Source: Candidatus Omnitrophota bacterium
Lineage (GTDB): Bacteria > Omnitrophota > Gorgyraeia > Duberdicusellales > 4484-171
Direction of reading: 5' to 3'
NCBI GenBank assembly: GCA_003154195.1
Contig: PMCS01000028.1
Span: forward strand, 1 to 62,400
DNA: 62,400 nucleotides
How positions within the stretch are numbered: position 1 is the first letter of the stretch; every line of letters begins with the position of its first letter. The notes under the pieces were generated by a model. That model was not told where the DNA came from. It worked only from the letters and a program-made list of their open reading frames with translations, and searched no databases. Of the stretch, positions 37,090-46,135 are shown in pieces. The position numbers were made by a program, and so were the translations under genes.

Positions 37090-37665
37090 CTACTTTCCAT
37101 ACAAAACTGTTAACTGTTTAACGGTCGGATGGCCCTCGTAATATTCCCCCTGCGGGCCGATATAGCCCGTTTCGTTTTTAGTTAATGTAACCGGCGTGTA
37201 TCCGCCGTGCGCGTTAGGGATGTTGATTACTACCGATTCACCGGATGTCGCCTTAGGTTGCGCAACGGCAGGAACAGCTATCGCCGCAGTGGCGACAGGC
37301 GCGGTCACAACCGCAGTAGCTGCTGGAGCCGGGACAACGACATATCCGGTAGGACATGGCCGGTAGTAGATACTGTCATAATAATAGTACGGTGCTCCAT
37401 TTACATAGACGGTATCATGATGAGGCGGAAGCGTTGCGACTATTGTGTCAACTACCAACGCGGTTGAAAACCAGCCCCAAAACCATCCACTATCACACCA
37501 GCGACCACCACGATAGTGGTAGCCGCCGTGGCCACCGTAGCTACCATGACCGCCATGACCGCCATGGCCTCCCCACGCAAATGCATTCGATGAATAAGGT
37601 AGGCTGGAGGCCAAAAAAATAACTATAACTACCAAAAGTTTGTTTTTTAAGACTTGTTTTATCAT
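37090..37665 (-). CDS. secreted protein with (GGH)n and Tyr/Pro-rich regions
   Basis: Signal peptide; WGGHGGHGGHGSYGGHGGYHYRGGRW; YYYDSIYYRPCPTGYVVVPAP. Confidence 0.55.
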   Translation of the reverse strand: MIKQVLKNKLLVVIVIFLASSLPYSSNAFAWGGHGGHGGHGSYGGHGGYHYRGGRWCDSGWFWGWFSTALVVDTIVATLPPHHDTVYVNGAPYYYYDSIYYRPCPTGYVVVPAPAATAVVTAPVATAAIAVPAVAQPKATSGESVVINIPNAHGGYTPVTLTKNETGYIGPQGEYYEGHPTVKQLTVLYGK

Positions 37666-38065
37666 AGACCGTCCTCCTCCTTGGAATATATTTTACGCAT
37701 CCTTCTTGATGACTTAGACAAATATTCTATCAAAATAGTTCCCTAAAAGCGCACGGTACAAAAATTATATCTGGATCCACCGGTATAGTTACCGAACTGG
37801 CCATTGCTATAGTTACAGTTTTTTGGGGTAAGGCAAGGAAAAAATTTATTCTTCTTTTACCTCTATAAATACTACATTGCCGGCGGCCTTGAGAGGTTTG
37901 GCCTACGGAATACCTTTTGATAAATCGAAACAAATAAAAACCCCTGGCTGAATTACCAGCCAGGGGTTTCTTTATCTTTCGCTGTGATTCGAGAGATGAA
38001 AAGAATGGGGTGGCTGGGTAGACGAGGTTAGAACCTGCCGCCTCGCTTAAACCGCTGGTTCATAC

Positions 38066-38605
38066 TTATTTATCCATACTATCCAGAATCCTGTCTACAT
38101 CACCTTCTACGTGTAACACAATGGGAGCAATATCATCACCCCCATTTTTGATTAACATTGTTACCGGGAAACGGGCGAAAGGTTTAGTATCGGTCAACTG
38201 CGCAAGGATCTGTCCTTCGCTAATACCATCGGGAATTGTATCGAAGCTGAAAAACCCATTCTTATCAACGAACTCCGTCTGGTTCCCCAGACTGACTACG
38301 TATCCCGCCAAAGGCGATGCCGGCATAACCAACTTGTTTCCTTCGATTTTAGAGCCGGCGGCGGTCAGCGCGTCTTTATCCTGCGGGGTTAAATTAGCGA
38401 AAAAATCCGCTGGGTAAACCTGGTTAACCTGCGCCAAGACTCTCCCCACATAAAGCTTTTTCCTACCATCGATATCGTCCGCTTTTTTAGGCACATTGAC
38501 TGGGGAGCCGGCTTGTGTATTTAAACCGGGCGGTGCGCCAGCCCCGGCTGCCCAACATGGGCCAAAGCTGAATGTCAAATACACCCCTATCAAAAATAGT
38601 TTCAT
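38066..38605 (-). CDS. secreted protein with a carboxypeptidase-regulatory-like beta-sandwich segment
   Basis: Signal peptide; GYVVSLGNQTEFVDKNGFFSFDTIPDG resembles the CarboxypepD_reg pattern. Confidence 0.45.
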   Translation of the reverse strand: MKLFLIGVYLTFSFGPCWAAGAGAPPGLNTQAGSPVNVPKKADDIDGRKKLYVGRVLAQVNQVYPADFFANLTPQDKDALTAAGSKIEGNKLVMPASPLAGYVVSLGNQTEFVDKNGFFSFDTIPDGISEGQILAQLTDTKPFARFPVTMLIKNGGDDIAPIVLHVEGDVDRILDSMDK

Positions 38606-38823
38606 ACTATTCTCTCCCCTAGGAAGCTATATCCTGCATCCCTATTAAAATAAGACTTGGTTTACTATAAATACTGATTTTTGAGCTAAATTTATTTTTT
38701 GCACTGCGCGGCAAATTGAGCTACGAAATGCTGATTTTTTAACCTTAGTCATTTTTTGTACCGCGCGGTTGGCGCGTTCAAGAGCGGAGGGCTAGTGTTA
38801 AGAATAAGAAAGAACGGGAATCT

Positions 38824-38991
38824 CTACCGGCGGTAGCCTGTTGCCTTTAAGCCGGATGAGTTAATTATACACCTAAAAGAAAGCTAAAAAAATGATAATT
38901 TTGGAAGGAGTTTCAGGGAGTTTGGGCTTGTCCGGTACCAGGGGGATGCCAAAAAAATGAGACTCATAACCGATGGTAAAATCAGCGTTTT
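38824..38991 (+). mobile_element. IS left-module fragment (3' part of the type B module)
   Basis: CTACCGGCGG...TTAATTATACACCTAAAAG...ATGATAATTTTGGAAGGAGTTTCAGGGAGTTTGGGCTTGTCCGGTACCAGGGGGATGCC...CCGATGGTAAAATCAGCGTTTT aligns with 61966-62135. Weaker similarity extends back to about 38670. Confidence 0.7.
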
Positions 38992-39175
38992 GCCCGGGTT
39001 TAATGAATCCCGTGAACGGGGCAGGTCAAACCCCTACCGCAAATGATTACATACCGGGCAGCGCAAGACCCGCCCCTGCACGAACAAAATCCGAGATTGC
39101 CACGCCGCGCAATGGTTCGACTGAGCCCAACACGAGTAGTGCGGCTCGCAATGACGACCTTGATAATAACCTAGC

Positions 39176-40090
39176 TTATTTTAAACCCTCAATATCCGTG
39201 ATCGGTGCGATATCCTGCAAGGATAAGCCTAGCGGGTCATGCTGCAATTTGGCGTTGATTCCTCTGTCGATAAAAAGTTTACGGCCGCTTCCAAACTCAA
39301 TAGAAATATTTGGTTCATTATTTTTTGCCATTTCGCTCGCTGTTAAATCGAGATATTCTTTATAAGCATATTCCCGGTAAGTTCTGGTATCGAGGTTAAA
39401 AGCCGTTCCTTTCCCGTTCTCGGGATAGTAATAGATCTCTCTTCCCCGATAGCCATAGTATTGCGTAATCGGACCGGCTACAACGATCGGAGCGCTCCCG
39501 GGGTATTTAACGGCGAGCGACGGTTTGGACCATTTAGGGTTTGCGGCAGCATTGTTGATTATTACTATGGTACCCTGACTATCCACCAAATGGATATTTA
39601 CCGCATCATAACCAAGACCGCGGATATCGTCATTCAGCGGCGCAGGCGTTAATTTTCCGGTTTTAAGATCGAACCAGCAATAATCACGGGGTTGGCGTAT
39701 AAGTATTTTATCTCCTTTTACGCCGCTAATATACAATTCACTATAATCATCGTGCGCTCGTTTATCAAGGAGGTTTGCGGCATAGACAATCTTAACGTTT
39801 TTCGAATTAATATCGTATGTGGCTATATATACCCTCTTGACAATAGTCCTTGAGCCTCCTCCGTCAGGAAACGCGTTTAATCCCGCGGCGGGTTGATAGA
39901 TGCAGCGGTTAAATGTGAATAAAACTGTATGTTGGTCGTCCAGCAGATTAGCCGATAAAAAGCGGCTAATGTCATGCGGGTCACCCCAGCCGATCAAGAA
40001 ATTACCATGATCTACTTTTGAAGCGGCAAAGGAATGGATCGGTTGCAAAATTAAGGCAAGCAATAACAAACAAAATATTTTTTTCATCAC
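39176..40090 (-). CDS. secreted hypothetical protein
   Basis: 304-aa ORF with signal peptide MMKKIFCLLLLALILQPIHSFA and AGGAGG-like SD (AAGGAGGCATTTGTG ATG). No family recognised. Confidence 0.6.
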   Translation of the reverse strand: MMKKIFCLLLLALILQPIHSFAASKVDHGNFLIGWGDPHDISRFLSANLLDDQHTVLFTFNRCIYQPAAGLNAFPDGGGSRTIVKRVYIATYDINSKNVKIVYAANLLDKRAHDDYSELYISGVKGDKILIRQPRDYCWFDLKTGKLTPAPLNDDIRGLGYDAVNIHLVDSQGTIVIINNAAANPKWSKPSLAVKYPGSAPIVVAGPITQYYGYRGREIYYYPENGKGTAFNLDTRTYREYAYKEYLDLTASEMAKNNEPNISIEFGSGRKLFIDRGINAKLQHDPLGLSLQDIAPITDIEGLK

Positions 40091-40111
40091 AAATGCCTCC
40101 TTGCTTAGAAC

Positions 40112-40177
40112 CTACCCGTGCCATTCAGATTAACCAGGATTAGGGCTTGAAAACTACTGTATCCGGTCTGTCGTCGA
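40112..40177 (+). mobile_element. IS left-end fragment, type A (66 bp)
   Basis: CTACCCGTGCCATTCAGATTAACCAGGATTAGGGCTTGAAAACTACTGTATCCGGTCTGTCGTCGA. Confidence 0.75.
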
Positions 40178-40235
40178 TAGATGCGTCCCCTTTTCAATTC
40201 TTTCCTAGATCTAGCCCAATTGCAATACCTATGGG

Positions 40236-41684
40236 TTAACCTTGCGTTTTCGGCAGGATAAAAATAAGCTTACTGCCCTTGCCTATCTCACTTTCGATCC
40301 AGATTTTCCCCTTGTGCAGCTCGACAATACCTTTTACTATAGACAGTCCCAGGCCCGTGCCTTCGTATTTCTCGGCGGCAACGCGTTCAAATTTATCAAA
40401 TATCTTTCCAAAATATTCTTTGGCAACACCGGGGCCGGTATCGGAAATTTCAAAGCGCATATCTTTGTCCGGTCCCTTAGCAAGCTGAACGGTTATGCTG
40501 CCGCCGCCGGGTGTGTACTTTATGGCATTATTCAGGAGGTTAATAATAACCTGGCTTATCTTATCCCGGTCAGCCTGGATTGGGCCGATGCCTTGCTCAA
40601 TATTGATTTTTAGCGTAAGCTGCTTTTTCGATATTTCGTTTGCGTAGTTATTTAATATTTCTGTGATCAGGAGACCCATCTCGAATTGTTCCTTTCGCAT
40701 ATTGGTCTTACCCGATTCTATTTTAGCGAGATCAAGCAGGTCGGTTACCAAACGGATAAGCCGCTCTGTGCTCTGCTTGCCGGCCTCAAGGATACTCTTC
40801 TGTTCCGCGTTTATTTCACCGGCCAAGCCTTCGGTAACTATGGCCAGAGATTCTTTTATAGCCGTCAGGGGATTTTTGAATTCATGGGAGACGTTAGCGA
40901 CAAAGTCGGATTTGCGATTATTTATTTCTTCGAGATTTTTTATGATCTCCGACCGGAAAATGCCAAGGATGCTGATTATTGACCACCCAATCGTTATCGC
41001 GCAGAGAGCCCGGAACACCTGGGTAGGTATCGCGATTATTGAAAAAAAATATTCGTCATTTAAAAAGGTTAAAACACCGCCCCGGCTTTTATTAACAATC
41101 AGGCCGGCCAGGATGGCGTAGGCTAAAAAAGATATGCCGGCGGCGAGGAAATATTTTTTTACCTTAAACGGCGCGAGCGCGGCCTCTTCGTATTTATAGT
41201 ATAGAAAAAAACCGATACCGCTTAATACTCCTCCCGGAAACGCGAGAAGATACCGCGTCCAGGCGGACCATGTTTTCAACAAACCTTGGTTAAAGACGCT
41301 GATAATACAGATAGTAGTGATTGCGATCAGGGTTGTTGCCCCTGTCAACAGATCGGCAAATTTTTTTAATCCGGCCGGGTATTTTTGCCTTTCGAGACGA
41401 AAGAACTGCCGCCCGAATTCAAATAAAAAAACAAAAGAAATCGATAGTACGAATAATCGAACGCTATCCAAAAAATCGCTTCGGCCCTTTATTATCGCCA
41501 GATTGTCCAGCCATTCGTTTATGCCGTGGATTAACCCGAACCATCCTAAAAATCCCAGGATACCAGCCAACCTAAATTTGCTTTTACTGACCGTATGGGA
41601 AAAAATAACAATGCCCATAGTAAAAAAAGCGAGGCCATAGATAAAATATACCGCTTCTAAATTGTTTTTTAATATAGCGCCCAC
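40236..41684 (-). CDS. membrane sensor histidine kinase (about 7 TM helices, HisKA, HATPase_c)
   Basis: H-box VSHEFKNPLT, N-box LLNNAIKYT, G-boxes DTGPGV and GTGLGLSIV. GTG start. Confidence 0.9.
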   Translation of the reverse strand: MGAILKNNLEAVYFIYGLAFFTMGIVIFSHTVSKSKFRLAGILGFLGWFGLIHGINEWLDNLAIIKGRSDFLDSVRLFVLSISFVFLFEFGRQFFRLERQKYPAGLKKFADLLTGATTLIAITTICIISVFNQGLLKTWSAWTRYLLAFPGGVLSGIGFFLYYKYEEAALAPFKVKKYFLAAGISFLAYAILAGLIVNKSRGGVLTFLNDEYFFSIIAIPTQVFRALCAITIGWSIISILGIFRSEIIKNLEEINNRKSDFVANVSHEFKNPLTAIKESLAIVTEGLAGEINAEQKSILEAGKQSTERLIRLVTDLLDLAKIESGKTNMRKEQFEMGLLITEILNNYANEISKKQLTLKINIEQGIGPIQADRDKISQVIINLLNNAIKYTPGGGSITVQLAKGPDKDMRFEISDTGPGVAKEYFGKIFDKFERVAAEKYEGTGLGLSIVKGIVELHKGKIWIESEIGKGSKLIFILPKTQG

Positions 41685-41770
41685 CGGTATAACCTCTCTT
41701 AATTATAGCATTATGGTAAATATAACTCTTAAATGTATGCTAACCAAAAAATATTTTCACCACCCGCTTG

Positions 41771-42110
41771 CTACCCGTGCCATTCAAATTGCGGCTCAAA
41801 AACTGGTGCATAATGTCTGTCGGCGAAAATTGACACAAAAGTATATGCTCGATTTTCCGCTGATTTGACCTTGAAAACCGATTCCCTTAAATGGCCCAAC
41901 GTTCTGCCCGCACCCAAGGGGTAAAAAAGCTGTAGTTTTTAGGATAGAAAAAGGAGACATACCGCCGGCAGAGAGAAACACACTATCCTCTACCCTATCC
42001 AGCTTGGCTAATTATACACCTAAAAGGAGCCTAAAAGAATGAGAATTTTTGAAGGGATTTTAGTAATTTTGAGCTTTTCTGTTACTAGGGGGGTGCCGAA
42101 AAGATGAGAC
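41771..42110 (+). mobile_element. IS left module, type B, copy without a transposase
   Basis: About 98% identical to 45389-45660 over the first 270 nt or so. Begins CTACCCGTGCCATTCAAATT. Confidence 0.85.
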
Positions 42111-42133
42111 GGGGTAAATTACACCCACTTTAT

Positions 42134-42397
42134 TTATCTAAACTCACGCAGGTAACGTTTTACTCCATCGTGGTTGCTAACTAATACAAGATAATAAATA
42201 TCATTCTCGGCCTTCACGACAATTCTTAAACGCAGCCCGGCGCGGAACTCATATTTGTTGTGGTTTATCTTCTTAAAGCCTAAACCAGCGGGAGCGCGGC
42301 CGTAAAGAACAAAATCATTAAACTACTCAAGGCTTCCGGCGAGTTGTTCTTTTTCTCCGGCACTCAAGCGTTTAACGCTCCGCTCAAAAGAAGGCAA
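42134..42397 (-). pseudogene. RelE/ParE-like toxin gene interrupted by an in-frame TAG
   Basis: Reads (TTG)PSFERSVKRLSAGEKEQLAGSLE*FNDFVLYGRAPAGLGFKKINHNKYEFRAGLRLRIVVKAENDIYYLVLVSNHDGVKRYLREFR. The TAG is at 42323-42325. Paralog of the intact toxin at 45831-46133. Confidence 0.7.
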
Positions 42398-42402
42398 TAT
42401 TA

Positions 42403-42684
42403 TTATCTGTTTGATTTAGCCAGTTTTTTCACATACCCTGAGAAATCTTTACCGGCCTTAAATGCTTTTCCGTGTTTCTTTTCTTTTTCCACTATCGCAT
42501 CGACGGCTTTTAATTCCTCGGCGGTATAGCGTTCCTTTACCTCGATAGGGATGAGCTTGATGTAATTTTTTTCCACATCCACCGCGAATAATTCCTGTGG
42601 TCTCAACCGGAGCCTCTGGACAATCGCATGAGGCAAAGTAATTTGGTTTTTGGCTTTTAACCGGGCAATGGTCATAGTTTGCAC
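42403..42684 (-). CDS. AbrB/MazE-family antitoxin
   Basis: KAKNQITLPHAIVQRLRLRPQELF is a SpoVT-AbrB motif. Paralog of 46136-46393. Confidence 0.8.
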   Translation of the reverse strand: MQTMTIARLKAKNQITLPHAIVQRLRLRPQELFAVDVEKNYIKLIPIEVKERYTAEELKAVDAIVEKEKKHGKAFKAGKDFSGYVKKLAKSNR

Positions 42685-42761
42685 CTCCGATTAATATATA
42701 ACATAAGTTAGAAAGTATGTTAAGTTAGAAATTCTTACTTGTTAATTTCCTACCTACCCGT

Positions 42762-43052
42762 CTCCCCGGGTCAGCCAGAGTGCCGACAAATGTTTTTGGA
42801 CCTTTAAGTGCTAATCGCAGAAAACATCTACAGTGGATACTTTTAGAGGTTGTTTGGCATTTTATCCGTAAGCAGCCGGACAAACTTAGTAAATACGAAG
42901 TTATTTCAAAAAGGAAAAACGTCAATACGGCAAAAGTGGCTATCGCCAGGGATATGTTAAAAGTAATCTATCATATCCTTAAAGAAAAACGGCCGTTTTA
43001 CAAGAAAGAACAAATTCAGTCAGTGGCAGCGCCTGTGCTCATAGGGGTCTGA
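42762..43052 (+). pseudogene. IS110-family transposase, C-terminal remnant only
   Basis: ...LQWILLEVVWHFIRKQPDKLSKYEVISKRKNVNTAKVAIARDMLKVIYHILKEKRPFY matches the Transposase_20 C-terminal pattern (GxKxAxVAxARKLLxxIYHxL). The N-terminal DEDD domain is absent. Confidence 0.7.
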
Positions 43053-43320
43053 AGCTCCGATTTACCGGGGGCTCCCCGAGGTCTGATTAGCAAGGCGCTT
43101 GCTGCTCCGATATTATCATGCAGGTTAGCTAATCTAACGCTGCCGATAGGTGACTGAAGGCTGGATTTGTCCAGTGCTTCATATGATATCCACAGAGCGG
43201 CTGGATTTTTAAAAATGTTTTTACAAAGAATATAGATTCAAAAAAACTTTAGCGGGGCCGCTTTGTTTATTGTTGACTTTTATTTCCGTAGGTGACCCCT
43301 ATGTTTTTTCAAGGCAACAG

Positions 43321-43845
43321 TTAATCGTAAGAAACAACCATTTGCATTGCTGTGTTGGCATTCGGGAAGGGATACCGCACGGTTCCCGTACCATTGCCGA
43401 GGACGCCATCAAGCTGGAGGTCAACCCTCCCCGCCGCGCTGGTGTTTGTTGTCGCGGGAATGTTGGTTGCGACGATATAGCGCGCTTGTTCGAGAGTACC
43501 GTCTCCGCTCCAATCATACATCGCACTGGAGTTAAAACTATAGTTGCCACTCCAAGGGTTTCTCCTCGGCCATTTTTCTAAGTAGGGCCCATCCCAGGAA
43601 AGGTTGGAAACCGATCCGGTAGAATTGTTAATAAAACCTGAACCGTTGCTGGTATTATCCGGCCAGTAACCGATATCGGAATAAAACGCCATCGCCGAGG
43701 TTTTCATGGCCTTATAATCGCCGATAAAAGCGCTTACCTTGCCTTTTTCGATTGCCTTAAAAGCGTTGGGCGCGACAACTGCCGCGAGTACCGCGATAAT
43801 GGCGATAACAACGATTAGCTCGACCAAAGTAAAGGCCTTTTTCAT
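43321..43845 (-). CDS. type IV pilin / pseudopilin (paralog of 25572-26102)
   Basis: MKKA/FTLVELIVVIAIIAVLAAVVAP prepilin motif. AAGGAGG SD. The C-terminal domain aligns with the first pilin (WPDNTSNGSG.INN.TGSVSN.SWDGPYLEKWP.RNPW). Confidence 0.9.
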   Translation of the reverse strand: MKKAFTLVELIVVIAIIAVLAAVVAPNAFKAIEKGKVSAFIGDYKAMKTSAMAFYSDIGYWPDNTSNGSGFINNSTGSVSNLSWDGPYLEKWPRRNPWSGNYSFNSSAMYDWSGDGTLEQARYIVATNIPATTNTSAAGRVDLQLDGVLGNGTGTVRYPFPNANTAMQMVVSYD

Positions 43846-43912
43846 TTAGCACCTCCTTCTTACTTATACTTTGCAGACCCAAAAACCCACCGTTTACCAT
43901 CCCCATGCAGTC

Positions 43913-43955
43913 GAAAAAAATCCTGGCGTAAGACAAAAGAGCAATCCAGGATTTT
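43913..43955 (-). terminator. intrinsic terminator inside the leader of the second pilin gene
   Basis: The minus strand reads AAATCCTGG-(19 nt)-CCAGGATTT followed by TTTTCGAC. It lies 68 nt upstream of the pilin ATG and downstream of the predicted promoter. Confidence 0.6.
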
Positions 43956-44098
43956 TAGTGTTAGGATAAAAGAGAAAGCCGCCACCCTGCATTTGTATGC
44001 AAGATGGCGGCCCGACCATCTTAAATCCTCCAGAAGTTATTCTTCTGGACCCTTATACATTACCCTTATTTTTTTGATAAAAAATTAGCTTACAATTA

Positions 44099-44127
44099 AG
44101 TATAGGATATTTTACTAATTTTGTCAA
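44099..44127 (-). promoter_or_regulatory. near-consensus sigma70 promoter upstream of the second pilin
   Basis: On the minus strand: TTGACA (44122-44127), 17 nt, TATACT (44099-44104). Confidence 0.6.
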
Positions 44128-44279
44128 GATATGGAAAATGCGGTTAGCTTAAGGCTGGGGAAACACAAGCAAGGGGGTGCTTGCATTTCTTTCGCAACCT
44201 ACCCGTGCCATCCAAATAACCATTGCTTTCCAGATCCATTCTCAAGTCATATCTCAAGGGAGATAACCTTCTTTATTTA

Positions 44280-44753
44280 TCATGGTTGCAATCCGCGGGA
44301 GATCATATAGTTCTTTATCCTGTCGGCATGGTCTTTATCCCCGCTGTTCAAATCCTGGAAGAGATTGTCGACGGCGGATTCCGCTTTACCGGCCATAAAT
44401 TCCTGGTAATGGATTTCGTAGCCGGATGTTTCGATATCGATAGCCACGCGGAAAGTTTCTTCTCTTTGCGGAGGGTTAGCCTTATATTTTTCGATTAAGG
44501 CGGTTAATTTCTTATTGGTGTCTACCATTTTCGGCAAGCTAAAGGATAACAGTTTTTTCGGGAAAATACCGGCCGGCTGGAAATGTTCTTTTACGCTCCT
44601 GATAAGTGAAGCGTGGTTATTTTCCTCCAGGGCAAGATTCCACCAGAAATCGTAGTCTTCCTTGAACCAGGAAGCGAACAGGGAGTATAATTCACCAACC
44701 TTCAGTTCTAATTTTATCGCTTCGTCAAACAATAAGGTCTGGTCTGTATCCAT
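44280..44753 (-). CDS. ferritin-like / rubrerythrin-like four-helix-bundle protein
   Basis: 157 aa. EAIKLELKVGELY and LALEENNHASL resemble paired ExxH-type helices. Confidence 0.5.
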   Translation of the reverse strand: MDTDQTLLFDEAIKLELKVGELYSLFASWFKEDYDFWWNLALEENNHASLIRSVKEHFQPAGIFPKKLLSFSLPKMVDTNKKLTALIEKYKANPPQREETFRVAIDIETSGYEIHYQEFMAGKAESAVDNLFQDLNSGDKDHADRIKNYMISRGLQP

Positions 44754-44861
44754 CTTGGCGGTTATTTACTTAAAATCTTACTTCACAAAATCATGGATCA
44801 TAAAAGCCTATTTATTCTCTGCAATAATCTTTTTGGTTTATTTAACATATTCGGGAAAACG

Positions 44862-45218
44862 TTAACTTTTATTGTTTTTATACTTTTTAACGATACGGAT
44901 TATCTCGGCATTATCAAAAGGTTTAGAGAGATATTCGTCGGCGCCGATTGTGTGAGCAAGGAGAAAATTGGCATAATACCCGGATAGCATTATTGTTCTG
45001 GTTTTCAGGCCATTGGCTTTAACGTATTTGACCAATTCAAGGCCGGTCGGCGGAGGAATACTATAGTCAAAGATAGCTAAATCATAGCTCTTGGTTTTTA
45101 ATAAATCCAGAGCCATTTCTCCGTTGGAAGCAATATCTGCCAGGCAACCTTCTTTCTCCAACAGCTTTTTCAATTCTTCTGCTATCTTAGGCTCATCGTC
45201 GACGATAAGTATTTTCAT
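44862..45218 (-). CDS. stand-alone response regulator receiver domain
   Basis: MKILIVDDEPKIAEELKKLL...DLAIFDYSIPPPTG...LSKPF. The ATG at 45218 is preferred over the track's upstream start at 45332. Confidence 0.85.
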   Translation of the reverse strand: MKILIVDDEPKIAEELKKLLEKEGCLADIASNGEMALDLLKTKSYDLAIFDYSIPPPTGLELVKYVKANGLKTRTIMLSGYYANFLLAHTIGADEYLSKPFDNAEIIRIVKKYKNNKS

Positions 45219-45388
45219 ACTGGAAATGCCTTTATGCCAACAACTTCTTTTTTCTATTGGTTTACCACAACCGCGCGGCCGTTTATAAGTCGATGCTGCT
45301 GCCAGCATTACGTTAACCAGCCAGCGGCACATTTATAAAATTCAACGCTATTACATATATTTTTTCAGCTTAGGATAAAATTCGGCAT

Positions 45389-45729
45389 CTACCCGTGCCA
45401 TTCAAATTACGGCTCAAAAACTGGTGCATAATGTCTGGCGGCGAAAATTGACACAAAAGTATATGCTCGATTTTCCGCTGATTTGACCTTGAAAACCGAT
45501 TCCCTTAAATGGCCCAACGTTCTGCCCGCACCCGAGGGGTAAAAAAGCTGTAGTTTTTAGGATAGGAAAAGGAGACATACCGCCGGCAGAGAGAAACACA
45601 CTATCCTCTACCCTATCCAGCTTGGCTAATTATACACCTAAAAGGAAGCTAAAAAAATGAGAATTTTGGAAGGGATTTCAGCGGATTGAAGCTTTTTTGT
45701 TACCAGGGGGATGCAGAAAAAATGCCGAC
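45389..45729 (+). mobile_element. IS left module, type B, second copy without a transposase
   Basis: See 41771-42110: nearly identical 5' 270 nt and a diverged 3' 70 nt. Confidence 0.85.
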
Positions 45730-45830
45730 TTTACGCTATTGGCTTACGCCGATAAAATATTTCTCCAAAAGTTAAAAATTTATCCCTAAAACATGATTTT
45801 TAAGCCGGATTTATTTCCGTGCCGCTTGAT

Positions 45831-46133
45831 TTAACTTTCAGCTAAAAATCTGCGCATTTGGTCATGATTGCCGGCAAGAACGAGTAAACACTGTTCACCT
45901 TCACGACGGATAACTACTCGTAAATTCCGTTCCACTCCGGCTTCATAGTATGGTTTACGTAACTGTTTATAGAAAAATCTGGGCGCTATCGCCGAAGCCT
46001 TATTTAAATCGCCGTTGCTCTCATAATACGCATCCAAGGCTTCCAAAATTAAACCCACGATCTTTCTCTGTTCATCGGACAAACGCTTAAGGCACCTGTA
46101 AAAAGAAGGTCGATAATATAGCCCGAGCGACAT
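45831..46133 (-). CDS. RelE/ParE-like toxin
   Basis: 100 aa. PSFYRCLKRLSDEQRKIV...LRVVIRREGEQCLLVLAGNHD. Immediately downstream of the AbrB antitoxin gene. Confidence 0.75.
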   Translation of the reverse strand: MSLGLYYRPSFYRCLKRLSDEQRKIVGLILEALDAYYESNGDLNKASAIAPRFFYKQLRKPYYEAGVERNLRVVIRREGEQCLLVLAGNHDQMRRFLAES

Positions 46134-46135
46134 GC

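Noticed and set aside
39000-39175. GC-rich block (GGGGCAGGTCAAACCCCTACC, GATTGCCACGCCGCGCAATGG, GCGGCTCGCAATGACG), and scattered GGGACAGACACC-type words at 28245-28262, 30618-30642, 47928-47945 and 49262-49282.
   Set aside because: These look like short REP-type extragenic palindromes, the kind that generate spurious low-complexity ORFs. No consistent longer unit or associated gene could be defined by eye.
41796-41981. Identical 61-aa minus-strand ORFs (MFLSAGGMSPF...) at 41796-41981 and 45414-45599.
   Set aside because: They exist only because the two IS left modules are about 98% identical. The more diverged copies (61659-62152 and 31845-32131) do not keep this frame open.
42046-42113. Short ORF after an AGGAG-like site in the IS left module (MRIFEGILVILSFSVTRGVPKR, and MRILKGVSGSLGLSVTRGVP at 62036).
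   Set aside because: The stretch varies only by substitution, which is suggestive. However, the copy at 45667 has a stop at codon 11 and the copy at 31908 is interrupted by the 120-bp insert. Coding is not supported; the stretch is kept only as part of the non-coding module finding.
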